DNA of 51,670 nt from an uncultured Candidatus Peribacteria bacterium (lineage in GTDB: Bacteria; Patescibacteriota; Gracilibacteria; Peribacterales; Peribacteraceae). Shown here one piece after another: positions 1-8,569 of the stretch. The notes beneath the pieces are model-generated. The model saw nothing but the letters and a program-made list of their open reading frames with translations, had not been told where the DNA came from and searched no databases. The translations under genes and the position numbers were made by a program. Numbering within the stretch: position 1 is the stretch's first letter; the number at the start of each line of letters is the position of its first letter. Location of the stretch: positions 8,318-59,987 of the forward strand of contig CAZVLZ010000001.1 of assembly GCA_964628345.1 (NCBI GenBank). Reading direction: 5' to 3'.

Positions 1-411
1 GCTACCCTCCAGTCGCTCTTCATCTACCTCTTCTGGCCGAATCCGGGCAACGCCCACTATGACAGCAGAAGCATGCTGACGCTCCTGATTCTCTGTGCGT
101 TGCTCGTGCTCTTCTCGTTGATGTTTCGCTTCATACGGCTCCGGATGGGGAATCCCGTGATGAAGAAGCTCAGCCGTTCGTGGGCGTCGGCCGCCTTCTG
201 GTTCGGCGCGACGGGCCTGGTGCTGATCGTATCGCGCGTGGAGGGCATCGGTTTTCTCGCTATGCGGTTTTTGTGGGTGCTCTGGGGCATCGTTTTTGCG
301 TTCTATGTGGGTGTGCAGATCAGGTTTTTCCGCCTGCGATATTACGAAAAGCTCCCCACCAAAATTTCGGAAGATCCGCGGGACCGGTACTTGCCGAAGA
401 GGAAGAAGTAA
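1..411 (+). CDS. Hypothetical integral membrane protein, 5'-truncated by the window edge
   Basis: Frame 1 is open from nt 1 to TAA at 409-411; the first ATG is at 73. The product has three hydrophobic helices and a basic tail (LPKRKK). No family recognised. Confidence 0.5.
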   Translation, partial: ATLQSLFIYLFWPNPGNAHYDSRSMLTLLILCALLVLFSLMFRFIRLRMGNPVMKKLSRSWASAAFWFGATGLVLIVSRVEGIGFLAMRFLWVLWGIVFAFYVGVQIRFFRLRYYEKLPTKISEDPRDRYLPKRKK

Positions 412-437
412 GCGTCTTGCCTCCATCCCCCTGATCG

Positions 438-518
438 CTTCCTCCACGAGAGGAAGGGGAGTTTGGTTTTCGAAAACGTTCCCCCTCTCCTATGGAGAGG
501 GGGACAAAGGGGGAGAGG
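438..518 (+). repeat. Copy A of an ~81-nt polypyrimidine/polypurine double-hairpin element with a mirror purine arm
   Basis: CTTCCTC(438-444)/GAGGAAG(450-456) hairpin, ACGTT(476-480), CCCCCTCTCC(481-490)-tat-GGAGAGGGGG(494-503)-acaaa-GGGGGAGAGG(509-518). A second copy in the same order and strand lies at 46652-46732. Confidence 0.8.
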
Positions 519-609
519 AAATGACGTGGGCGCCATTCCCCATTCGTTCTCCTTTGGTGTTCAATGAACTTGACAGCACGGCCTCCCTTCGAGAGGATCA
601 ACCCCTTTT

Positions 610-1467
610 ATGCCTCTCAAGCACGCTACGGAAACCTTCTTAGTCTTCCTCCTCGGCGTCGTCATTCTCCTCACGGGGATTTTGCTCCCCACGCTGCCGG
701 ATCTTCCGGCCGGAGCGATTCCTTGGGCGGTTCTTTTTGTGCTTTCGGTTCTTTACCCGCTTTCGCTTTTCGCGCTTTTCCGCCGCCGCCGTGCTGACCA
801 TGCGTTCCGGCTGCTGCACTGGTTCCCGGCGCTCATGCTCCTGCTGTGGCTCGGCATTGAAATCGTGGCCCTGGAGCTTCCGCGCGCTCTGCTCGTGATG
901 AATGGGTACACGTGGGGCTGGACCCTGCCCGCAGTCACCGTCGCGTTCATCCTGCTCCTGAGCTATTGCCTGCAGGTGGTGCGCCGCCGCGTGCCGCGGA
1001 TGGCGCTCCTCCTGCTCGCCTTCATTCCCTTCGTGGGCGCCGCGCTCGCGAGCGAGCGCACGACGCACTGGGACCGTGAACTTGCCTCGATGCTCTGGGG
1101 AGGGGAGTGGCTCGCCAATTTGGAGGGCAAGCAAATCCTCGGTGTTCGGCTGGCCGGCAGGCTCCCCACGGAACAGAACCTGAGTGCCTCGAGCGAGAAG
1201 AGCGAAGAGAGCTGGCGCGAGAAGCTGCGTCAGGCCGAGCAACGCCGTAGGGATGCGCGTGAGCAGCGTTTGGCCAATGCCTCATCCGCCGCGCTCATGG
1301 CGCAGGCATCCTCACGGTCCAGCGTGAGTTCGGTTGCCGCGATCAATGGGACGAAGAGCAAGCCCTCCCATCTGCCGTCGTCGGGACCGCAGGCCGGGGC
1401 ATTCGCTCTCCTGATGCTCGCGGGGTACACGGGGGTGCTGCATGACAGAGCACGGAAGAGGGCATAA
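610..1467 (+). CDS. Hypothetical polytopic membrane protein with a charged Ser/Arg-rich C-terminal region
   Basis: 285-aa ATG ORF with about 6 hydrophobic segments in the first 150 aa, then EKSEESWREKLRQAEQRRRDAREQR and a final hydrophobic patch. No family recognised. Confidence 0.6.
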   Translation: MPLKHATETFLVFLLGVVILLTGILLPTLPDLPAGAIPWAVLFVLSVLYPLSLFALFRRRRADHAFRLLHWFPALMLLLWLGIEIVALELPRALLVMNGYTWGWTLPAVTVAFILLLSYCLQVVRRRVPRMALLLLAFIPFVGAALASERTTHWDRELASMLWGGEWLANLEGKQILGVRLAGRLPTEQNLSASSEKSEESWREKLRQAEQRRRDAREQRLANASSAALMAQASSRSSVSSVAAINGTKSKPSHLPSSGPQAGAFALLMLAGYTGVLHDRARKRA

Positions 1468-1487
1468 GGGGTAGGGCATAGGGAGTT

Positions 1488-2786
1488 GTGTTAGGATGCA
1501 GACATCTTTCCCTCTTGCTTGTGCCGACGATTCAGAAACTCCATGCCCGACAGATCCTCGATTCCCGCGGAACGCCCACGGTGGAAGTGGACTGCACGCT
1601 CTCTGATGGTTCCTTCGGGCGCGCGGCTGTGCCCTCCGGTGCATCCACCGGCTCGCATGAGGCGCTGGAGTTGCGCGACGGGGATCAGAAGCTCTATGGG
1701 GGAAAATCCGTCCTCAAAGCTGTTGCCCATGTGAACGGTCCGATTGCGAAAGCGGTCGCAGGGAAGGACAGCGCCGATCAACGTGCCATCGATGCGACGC
1801 TCATCGATCTCGACGGGACCGAGTCCAAATCGAAACTCGGTGCCAATGCCATTCTGGGCATATCCATGGCCGTGGCGCGCGCGCGTGCCGTGAGCGAGAA
1901 ACTGCCGCTCTACCGGTCGCTCGCAAAGCAATTCTCCGTAAAAGAGACGGGGCTTCTGCCCGTCCCGATGATGAATGTCATGAACGGCGGCAAGCATGCC
2001 GACAGCGGATTATCGCTCCAGGAGTGCATGATCGTTCCGTGCGGATTTTCACGCTTTGCCGATGCGCTGCGCGCGGGTGTCGAGGTCTTCATGACGCTGA
2101 AGAAGCTTCTCAAAGATGCCGGACACATCACGGCGGTGGGGGATGAAGGAGGATTCGCGCCCCGCGTGAAGGACAGCGCGGAAGCCTTTTCCTTCCTAAC
2201 GAGGGCCATTGAAGAGGCGGGTTATGCAGGCAAGGTGAAACTGGCCATTGATGCGGCTGCGTCCGAGTTCTGTTCCAAGGGTGTCTATACCGTGGATGGC
2301 AAGAAGTTCTCTTCGCCGGAGCTGACGCAGTTCTATGCCACGCTCTGCGACCGTTATCCGATTGTGAGTATTGAAGACAGTCACAGCGAGGATGATTGGG
2401 ACGGATTCAAAGAGATGCAGATGTCGCTCGGGCAAAAGATTCAGCTCGTCGGGGATGATTTGCTCGTGACGAATGTGGAGCGGCTGAAGAAGGCGATTGA
2501 GGAGAAGGCTGCCAATGCCATCCTCATCAAGCTGAATCAGATCGGCACGGTGACCGAGACGGTGGATGCCATCCAACTGGCTCAGAAGAGCGGCTGGCGG
2601 GTCGTCGTGAGTCATCGCAGCGGAGAGACTGAAGACACGTTCATCGCCGATTTGGCCGTGGCGATCGGAACGGGGCAGATCAAGACAGGATCGGCCTCGC
2701 GGACGGATCGGGTGTGCAAGTACAACCAACTTTTGAGAATTGAAGAAGAACTGGGGAGCAAGGCGAAGTACGTGTCGCCGTTCTGA
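1488..2786 (+). CDS. eno: Enolase (phosphopyruvate hydratase)
   Basis: [48 protein letters not shown] and [16 protein letters not shown] are collinear with canonical enolase. The true start may be the in-frame GTG at 1521, since the first 11 aa are non-homologous. Confidence 0.97.
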   Translation: MLGCRHLSLLLVPTIQKLHARQILDSRGTPTVEVDCTLSDGSFGRAAVPSGASTGSHEALELRDGDQKLYGGKSVLKAVAHVNGPIAKAVAGKDSADQRAIDATLIDLDGTESKSKLGANAILGISMAVARARAVSEKLPLYRSLAKQFSVKETGLLPVPMMNVMNGGKHADSGLSLQECMIVPCGFSRFADALRAGVEVFMTLKKLLKDAGHITAVGDEGGFAPRVKDSAEAFSFLTRAIEEAGYAGKVKLAIDAAASEFCSKGVYTVDGKKFSSPELTQFYATLCDRYPIVSIEDSHSEDDWDGFKEMQMSLGQKIQLVGDDLLVTNVERLKKAIEEKAANAILIKLNQIGTVTETVDAIQLAQKSGWRVVVSHRSGETEDTFIADLAVAIGTGQIKTGSASRTDRVCKYNQLLRIEEELGSKAKYVSPF

Positions 2787-3024
2787 GACTCTTTTCCACC
2801 TTTGTCGCGACAAGAAGGGATCTGTTTACTCGTTGAACGAGGTATGAATCTGTTTCATTCGTCAGGGGGCTAGGGCACCTTGTTCGGTTCCCTAAGCCCC
2901 CCGACACCCCCTTTACCCTCCTAACAGTAAACCTCCTTCATCTGAAGGTTGACTTACTTATTGTTGCCTACTGCTACTATGCGCAAGTATTTTTTGTTTT
3001 CTGTTCTGTTTTTTGGTTTGTTCC

Positions 3025-3291
3025 TTACTGACAGGATTTCTGATGCTGCCGGATCCACCATCGTTTCACCCATGGGAGCGAGAGGGTGGAGAGCAGGTAG
3101 CCCAAGGCGGGGACGGCGGCATTCAGCCAGAAGCGGTCATTTCCGATGAGCCAGAGAAAGAGCACGGCGATCGCGTACGTGAGGCCGGTGATGAGCAGGC
3201 GCCGTGTCCAGCTCACTTCCCATGCCTTGTCGGCTTCTACGCGCGAGTTACGTTCCCGGATCTCTGTGATTTTCTGATCCAGATTCTCCAT
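3025..3291 (-). CDS. Small two-helix membrane protein, hypothetical
   Basis: I took the internal ATG (MENLDQKITEIRERNSRVEADKAW...) because the longer 149-aa ORF would read through the tRNA. 88 aa with two hydrophobic helices. It starts 4 nt downstream of tRNA-Pro on the same strand. Confidence 0.55.
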   Translation of the reverse strand: MENLDQKITEIRERNSRVEADKAWEVSWTRRLLITGLTYAIAVLFLWLIGNDRFWLNAAVPALGYLLSTLSLPWVKRWWIRQHQKSCQ

Positions 3292-3295
3292 AGTC

Positions 3296-3372
3296 TGGTC
3301 GGGGCGACAGGACTTGAACCTGCGACCTCTTGCACCCCATGCAAGCGTTCTAGCCAACTGAACTACGCCCCG
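3296..3372 (-). tRNA. tRNA-Pro, anticodon GGG
   Basis: The reverse complement folds as a cloverleaf: CGGGGCG-TA-GTTC-AGTTGGCTA-GAAC-G-CTTGC-AT GGG GT-GCAAG-AGGTC-GCAGG-TTCAAGT-CCTGT-CGCCCCG-A-CCA. It has G37 and an encoded CCA, and is close to E. coli tRNA-Pro. Confidence 0.9.
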
Positions 3373-3634
3373 ACGAGCGGAGTGTAGACAAAACTTCCGG
3401 TGAGTGCGAGCAATCAGCATTCCATTGCGCATCTTCAAATCGCAAACCACCCGCCGACGCTCCATTCTTTTCAAATTCGACTCCTCATGCCAGCGGCTGA
3501 GGGCTTATGGCTTCTGTCTTCGTCTGGACAGAAATCGTTTGGAAGATGCCAAAGAGTTGCTCCGCATCACCGAATGTGCTTCCATACGCCCCTTATGCCT
3601 ATGACAGGTCTACAGGGGCGGCGAATCAGGGCAG

Positions 3635-3663
3635 TTGATAAAAACTATAAATTGTGTTACAAT
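3635..3663 (+). promoter_or_regulatory. Putative sigma70-type promoter for the nrnA-like/infB unit
   Basis: TTGATA(3635-3640), 17-nt spacer, TACAAT(3658-3663), with TGT immediately upstream of the -10. The ATG at 3675 is only 11 nt after the -10 and there is no SD. Confidence 0.5.
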
Positions 3664-3674
3664 GTTAAGTTAAC

Positions 3675-5039
3675 ATGAGTTTATCCCCCCAAGAGCTATC
3701 GGCTGCCACCCGGGCCATCGAGGAGCACCAGCGCATCCTCGTGGTATGCCACGCCAACGTGGATCCCGATGCCCTCTCGGGGGCGCTCTCGTGTTACGAG
3801 CTCTTCCGGTCCATTGGCAAGGATGTGACGGTGGTCTGCCCCGATTCCCCGCCCGAATCGCTCCAGTTTCTGCCGGGATTCGAACGCGTCTCGGAGGAAA
3901 TCGCGGATTCCCAGAATTTCATTATCACCGTGAACCTGGCGGAGGGAGTGGAGGTCGACAAGTTGCGCTACACCGTGGAGGACCACCGCGTGAATATCAT
4001 TGTCGTGCCCAAGAACGGCCGCATCCTGCCACAGCAGATTTCACTGGGGGAAGGGGAGCAGCGCTACGACCTCGTCGTGGTCGTGGATACCGCGGACTTG
4101 ACGCTTTTGGGTTCCCTCTACCTGCAGCATGTGGATCTCTTCGCGGGAGTGCCCGTGCTCAATATCGATCATCACATCAGCAACACCCGCTACGGGCAGT
4201 TGCAGCTCATCGACACGACGTCGGCCAGCGTGACGGAGGTGCTCTACCACTGGTTCACGCACGTGCCGAGTTGGCGCGAGAAGATCACGGGCGATCTGGC
4301 GACACTCCTCCTCACCGGACTCATCACCGACACGCGGAGCTTCCAGAATCCCAACACGACGCCCCGCTCGCTCGAGGTGGCTGCGGAACTCCTGGATCTC
4401 GGGGCGCGTCAGCAGGAAATCATCCAGAACATCTACAAAACGAAACCCCTCACGACCCTCAAGATTTGGGGACGTGCCTTGAATCGCATTCAGGTGGATG
4501 ACCGTGCCAAGATCGCCTGGTCCGCCGTGAGCCGCGAGGATCTGGCGGAGATGGGAGCGCAGAGTAAAGAAGTCTCGGGCATCCTGGATGAACTCATCTC
4601 CACCATTCCCGACGCCGACGTGCACGTCATCTTCGTGGAGATGGAGGACGGCGTGATCAAGGCGAGCATGCGCTCCTCCCCGACGATTGATGCCAACCTC
4701 CTCGCGTCGCAGCTCTTCAGGGGCGGCGGACATCCGCGCGCATCGGGTTTCCGCCTGCCCCAGGCGGCCAACTTTCAGCTCGCGGTCCTCGAAGCCGTGC
4801 AGAAGATCCGTGAGGGCATGGCGGGCCAGCGGAGCGCAGCCGATCACCTGCCAACTGACGAACGCGCGCAAGTCAAAGCGTCCGCTCCCTCTCTTCCGTC
4901 TCCCGCTCCTCACCGGGAGGAGGCTACCGCAAAACCGCATAAGACGGCGTCCTCCTTCGACATTGTGGAGGAGTTGAGTGGGAAGAAGAAGGCGTCGAAG
5001 AAGCGTTCCAACGGCAAAGCGGACGAGTCACAATCGTGA
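3675..5039 (+). CDS. nrnA: DHH/DHHA1 family phosphoesterase (NrnA-like oligoribonuclease/pAp phosphatase) with a low-complexity C-terminal extension
   Basis: HANVDPDALSGAL, VVVVDTAD, NIDHHISN and GGGHPRASGF motifs appear in the canonical order. About 100 extra Ser/Lys/Pro-rich residues follow at the C-terminus. Confidence 0.85.
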   Translation: MSLSPQELSAATRAIEEHQRILVVCHANVDPDALSGALSCYELFRSIGKDVTVVCPDSPPESLQFLPGFERVSEEIADSQNFIITVNLAEGVEVDKLRYTVEDHRVNIIVVPKNGRILPQQISLGEGEQRYDLVVVVDTADLTLLGSLYLQHVDLFAGVPVLNIDHHISNTRYGQLQLIDTTSASVTEVLYHWFTHVPSWREKITGDLATLLLTGLITDTRSFQNPNTTPRSLEVAAELLDLGARQQEIIQNIYKTKPLTTLKIWGRALNRIQVDDRAKIAWSAVSREDLAEMGAQSKEVSGILDELISTIPDADVHVIFVEMEDGVIKASMRSSPTIDANLLASQLFRGGGHPRASGFRLPQAANFQLAVLEAVQKIREGMAGQRSAADHLPTDERAQVKASAPSLPSPAPHREEATAKPHKTASSFDIVEELSGKKKASKKRSNGKADESQS

Positions 5040-5116
5040 GGGGGCCGAGAGAGCAGGTTTTTCCCTCGCTTTCTCACGCATGCGCGCTACACTGAGCGAG
5101 GCTTTTCCTCGTCATC

Positions 5117-7354
5117 ATGCGACTTGTTCAGGTTGCAAAGGCATTGGGTATGACCGGTCAACAACTGCGCCATGAACTGGAGCAGGTGAATTTTGGGGTG
5201 AAACCCACGGATCGGGAAGTCTCCGATACGCTTGCTGCGGGCATCATTCGCTTCCTCGCGCGTAAATTGGGCAAAGAGGTCGACATGGATGCGCTGCAGA
5301 AGATGGGTACGGGCGATGAGACCGTTCCGAAGAAAGAGGCTCCCGTTGCCGAATCCGCAGCACCTCCAGAGAGCGCTCCCGCGGAGGCGGACGGTCAGAA
5401 GAGCGTGAACGTGCTGCGCAAGCTGACGCTGGACGATGTCTCGCGCGAGGCGATTGCCCGTGAGGCGCAGGCGCTCGATCGGCATCCGCCTGCACAGAAA
5501 CGGCGCTCCTTTGGTCGTCGCAAGCCTGCGACATCCGAGAGGCGCAACATCGCCTCTTCGCACCAGGAGCAGATCAAGAAGAAGGAGGGCATCGTCTCTC
5601 TTCCGGCGCAGATCACCGTGAAGGAACTGGCCGAAAAGACCGGCATCCAGGTGCCCATGCTGGTGCAGACGCTCATGAAGAACGGCGTCCTCGCCACGAT
5701 CACGCAGTCCATCGACTACGATACGGCTGCCGTCGTCGCGACGGAACTCGGCGTGACGGTCATGAAGCAGCAGGAATCCGCATCCGCGGAAGACCTCTTC
5801 AGCCGTAACCTCTCGGAACTTCTCAAAGATGAGCCGGAGAACCTGGTCAAACGCCCTCCGGTCGTGGTGGTGATGGGGCACGTCGATCACGGCAAGACCT
5901 CCATTCTCGATGCCATCCGCGAGACCAATGTGGCGGGCGGCGAAGCCGGCGGCATCACGCAGCACATCGGCGCGTATCAGGTGGAACATATTCCGGCGGG
6001 GTCCGCGGAGGCGCACAAGATCACCTTTCTCGACACGCCCGGACACGAGGCCTTCACGGCGATGCGCGCGCGCGGCGCGCAGGTGACCGACATCGCGGTG
6101 ATCGTGGTGGCGGCGGACGAAGGGGTGAAGCCGACGACCATCGAGGCCATCGACCATGCCAAGGAGGCGGGCGTGCCCGTGCTCGTGGCGCTCAACAAGA
6201 TGGACAAGGAGGGGGCCGACGTGAACCGCGTGATGGGGGAGATGGCGGCGCAGGGACTCCAGTCCGAAGAGTGGGGCGGGCAGGTGCCGTTCGTCCAGTG
6301 CTCGGCCAAGACGAAGCAGGGTATTACGGACCTGCTCGATTCCATCGTGCTCCTCTCTGAGATGCATTCCTTCACGGCCAATCCCGGGCGTTCCGCAGTG
6401 GCCACCGTGATCGAGAGCAAACTCGATCCGTCCTTTGGCCCGCTCGCGACCGTGATTGTGAACACCGGAACACTGCACCATGGCGAGAGTTTCGTCTGCG
6501 GCCGCACGCTCGGCAAAGTGCGCACCATGTCCGACGCGCACGGTCGGAAGTTCGAAGAAGTGGGGCCTTCGGGAGCGGTCCAGCTATCCGGGTTCCATGA
6601 GGTGCCCGAGGTGGGAGACATACTGCAGGTGGTCTCTTCGGAGAAGCAGGCGCGCGATCTTCTCTCCCAAGTGGAGGAACAGCGCAACCTGAAGCAGACG
6701 CAGCGGTTCGTGGATCTCGTGGGCAGGCTTTCGGAGGGCAAGCTGACCCAGCTCAAGATTGTGCTCAAAGCGGATGCCCAGGGGTCGCTTGAGGCGCTGA
6801 AAGAGTCCCTCGCCAAACTCACGACCGAGACCGTCACCGTGAAGATCATCCATGGTTCCGTCGGCGCCGTGACGGACAGCGATGTCTCTATGGCTGCGGC
6901 CAGCGAGGGCATCGTGGTCGCTTTTCATGTTCCCGTTCCCACGGGAGCGCGTGCCATTGCGGAGCGCGAGGGCGTGAACGTGCGCGAGTACGAGGTGATC
7001 TATGCGCTGCTCGAGGATATCGAGGGGCTGCTGAAGGGCCTCGTGGAGCCGGTGGACACGGAGAAGATCATCGGTCACCTGCAGGTGCTGCAGGTCTTCC
7101 TCACGAAGAAGAGCGAGCAGATCGTGGGCGGCCGCGTGACGGATGGCTTTTTCAAGCGCCTGCCCTTCCGCATCCAGCGCGATGGTGCGCAGGTTGGCAC
7201 TGGTCGTATCCTGTCCTTGCGCAAAGGCGACAGCGACATCAAAGAAGCCAAGGAGGGCACCGAGTGCGGAATGCGTGTTGAGTCGACCGTCCCTATCCTT
7301 GAGGGGGACCAGCTGGAGGTGTTCCTGAAAGAGCTGAAGCGGAAGGAGGCTTGA
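5117..7354 (+). CDS. infB: Translation initiation factor IF-2
   Basis: VVVVMGHVDHGKTSILD, DTPGHEAF and NKMDK G-domain motifs, followed by a conserved IF-2 C-terminal region (745 aa). Confidence 0.97.
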   Translation: MRLVQVAKALGMTGQQLRHELEQVNFGVKPTDREVSDTLAAGIIRFLARKLGKEVDMDALQKMGTGDETVPKKEAPVAESAAPPESAPAEADGQKSVNVLRKLTLDDVSREAIAREAQALDRHPPAQKRRSFGRRKPATSERRNIASSHQEQIKKKEGIVSLPAQITVKELAEKTGIQVPMLVQTLMKNGVLATITQSIDYDTAAVVATELGVTVMKQQESASAEDLFSRNLSELLKDEPENLVKRPPVVVVMGHVDHGKTSILDAIRETNVAGGEAGGITQHIGAYQVEHIPAGSAEAHKITFLDTPGHEAFTAMRARGAQVTDIAVIVVAADEGVKPTTIEAIDHAKEAGVPVLVALNKMDKEGADVNRVMGEMAAQGLQSEEWGGQVPFVQCSAKTKQGITDLLDSIVLLSEMHSFTANPGRSAVATVIESKLDPSFGPLATVIVNTGTLHHGESFVCGRTLGKVRTMSDAHGRKFEEVGPSGAVQLSGFHEVPEVGDILQVVSSEKQARDLLSQVEEQRNLKQTQRFVDLVGRLSEGKLTQLKIVLKADAQGSLEALKESLAKLTTETVTVKIIHGSVGAVTDSDVSMAAASEGIVVAFHVPVPTGARAIAEREGVNVREYEVIYALLEDIEGLLKGLVEPVDTEKIIGHLQVLQVFLTKKSEQIVGGRVTDGFFKRLPFRIQRDGAQVGTGRILSLRKGDSDIKEAKEGTECGMRVESTVPILEGDQLEVFLKELKRKEA

Positions 7355-8564
7355 GCTGCTGCATCTCCGGTGCAGTTGTCTGGCTGTTTACGCCGTTCTT
7401 GATGAAATCGCGGATGAGGGCATTTGCCGATTTATTCGTGACGGACGTGAGATGAGAGCAGAGCATGTACAGCTGCTCCGGCGAGAGCGTTTTTAGTTTC
7501 GCCTCCATCAGCGCTTCCGGTCCCTGCGGCGTTTCGCCCACGAGCAGTTTGATGTACTCCTTCGTATCCACTTTTTTCTGCTGCCGACCCTTTTTGAGGA
7601 GCACCAGGAGCTTCGCACCGTTCTTTCCCCTGTGTTTCTTCTGGATGAAGTCGATGAAATCCACTCCGTCCTGTCCCTTGATCGCGAGCTGTCGGCAGAG
7701 GTTCTCCCATTCTTGGGAGGGCACGAATGCGAGTTGATCCCGCACGATCGCGCTCTGCCCCTTAAAGAATCCCGCGCCCCATCCCGTGAGGCCGAGCCAC
7801 GCCAGGGTGTAGGGGGAGATTTTTTTGTTCTTGATGTCCAGAAGACCTGAGAGGAGGGCCATGCCCGCCATGGCGAGGACCCCGAGCATCTTGAGTGCAT
7901 TCTTGCCCTCCCGCACCGCTGCGGATTCCGGACGCTTCTGGCTCATGGTTCTCTGCGCCTGCGCGTGCACCGGATCACTGGTGAGTATCTGCTGGAAGAA
8001 CCGTTCGACCTCCTGGATCATTGCCTTCTGTCGCGGCGTGAGGTCTGCTCCAGAGCGCATGGCCGTGAGCCGGTTGATCCATTCCGTCGCATACGCGACG
8101 CGGTTGCACACGCGTCCGCCGAAGACCGTGACCAGTCCTTTCCGCTGCGCCTCGTCGAAAATAACACCGATCTTTCCAAGGACGTCCTTGGCGTATGCCT
8201 GCGAACGCGCGCTGAAATTCGTCTCGAGAAAATGGTCTTTGAGATTCCGGCGCATCCCTTCCATGTATGCGCCGATGACGGCCTGTACATTCTTCTGGCG
8301 TTCGACGAGATGGGGGGTTTCGCTCTTCTTCCTGATCTTTTCCAGCTCTTTCTGCAGAATGCGCCCTTCGCGCGGGAGCATCTCCACCGCCATCGTGAGG
8401 AGGTCGAAGTCCCGGCTGTTCTCGGCGTCCCGCCGCTCCGCCTCGCGCGCATCCGAAGGCCTGTTCTCCGCCGCGTTGCGCGCCAGAGCCTGCCTGACAT
8501 CGCCATCTGCGATGCGTTCCCGCTGTTCGGACGGAGCCGGTGATTCGCGTGAAGATTCGCGCAT
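7293..8564 (-). CDS. Hypothetical protein: helical domains flanking a central hydrophobic hairpin
   Basis: 423-aa ATG ORF that starts 5 nt after the stop of the upstream 600-aa gene. Two adjacent TM segments (LKMLGVLAMAGMALLSGLL, TLAWLGLTGWGAGFF) sit mid-protein. The 3' end overlaps the infB 3' end by 62 nt, convergently. Confidence 0.6.
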   Translation of the reverse strand: MRESSRESPAPSEQRERIADGDVRQALARNAAENRPSDAREAERRDAENSRDFDLLTMAVEMLPREGRILQKELEKIRKKSETPHLVERQKNVQAVIGAYMEGMRRNLKDHFLETNFSARSQAYAKDVLGKIGVIFDEAQRKGLVTVFGGRVCNRVAYATEWINRLTAMRSGADLTPRQKAMIQEVERFFQQILTSDPVHAQAQRTMSQKRPESAAVREGKNALKMLGVLAMAGMALLSGLLDIKNKKISPYTLAWLGLTGWGAGFFKGQSAIVRDQLAFVPSQEWENLCRQLAIKGQDGVDFIDFIQKKHRGKNGAKLLVLLKKGRQQKKVDTKEYIKLLVGETPQGPEALMEAKLKTLSPEQLYMLCSHLTSVTNKSANALIRDFIKNGVNSQTTAPEMQQLKPPSASALSGTPPAGPPQG

Positions 8565-8569
8565 GGGGA

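Noticed and set aside
570-598. TTGACA at 570-575 as a promoter for the 610-1467 gene
   Set aside because: No acceptable -10 hexamer lies at 16-19-nt spacing; the sequence there is gagaggat.
2949-3149. 66-aa plus-strand ORF with a hydrophobic start
   Set aside because: It overlaps the 3' half of the better-supported minus-strand small membrane protein and becomes Arg/Gly-rich after 25 aa.
5087-6541. 484-aa minus-strand ORF
   Set aside because: Antisense to the unmistakable infB G domain, with Arg/His/Gly-rich shadow-ORF composition.
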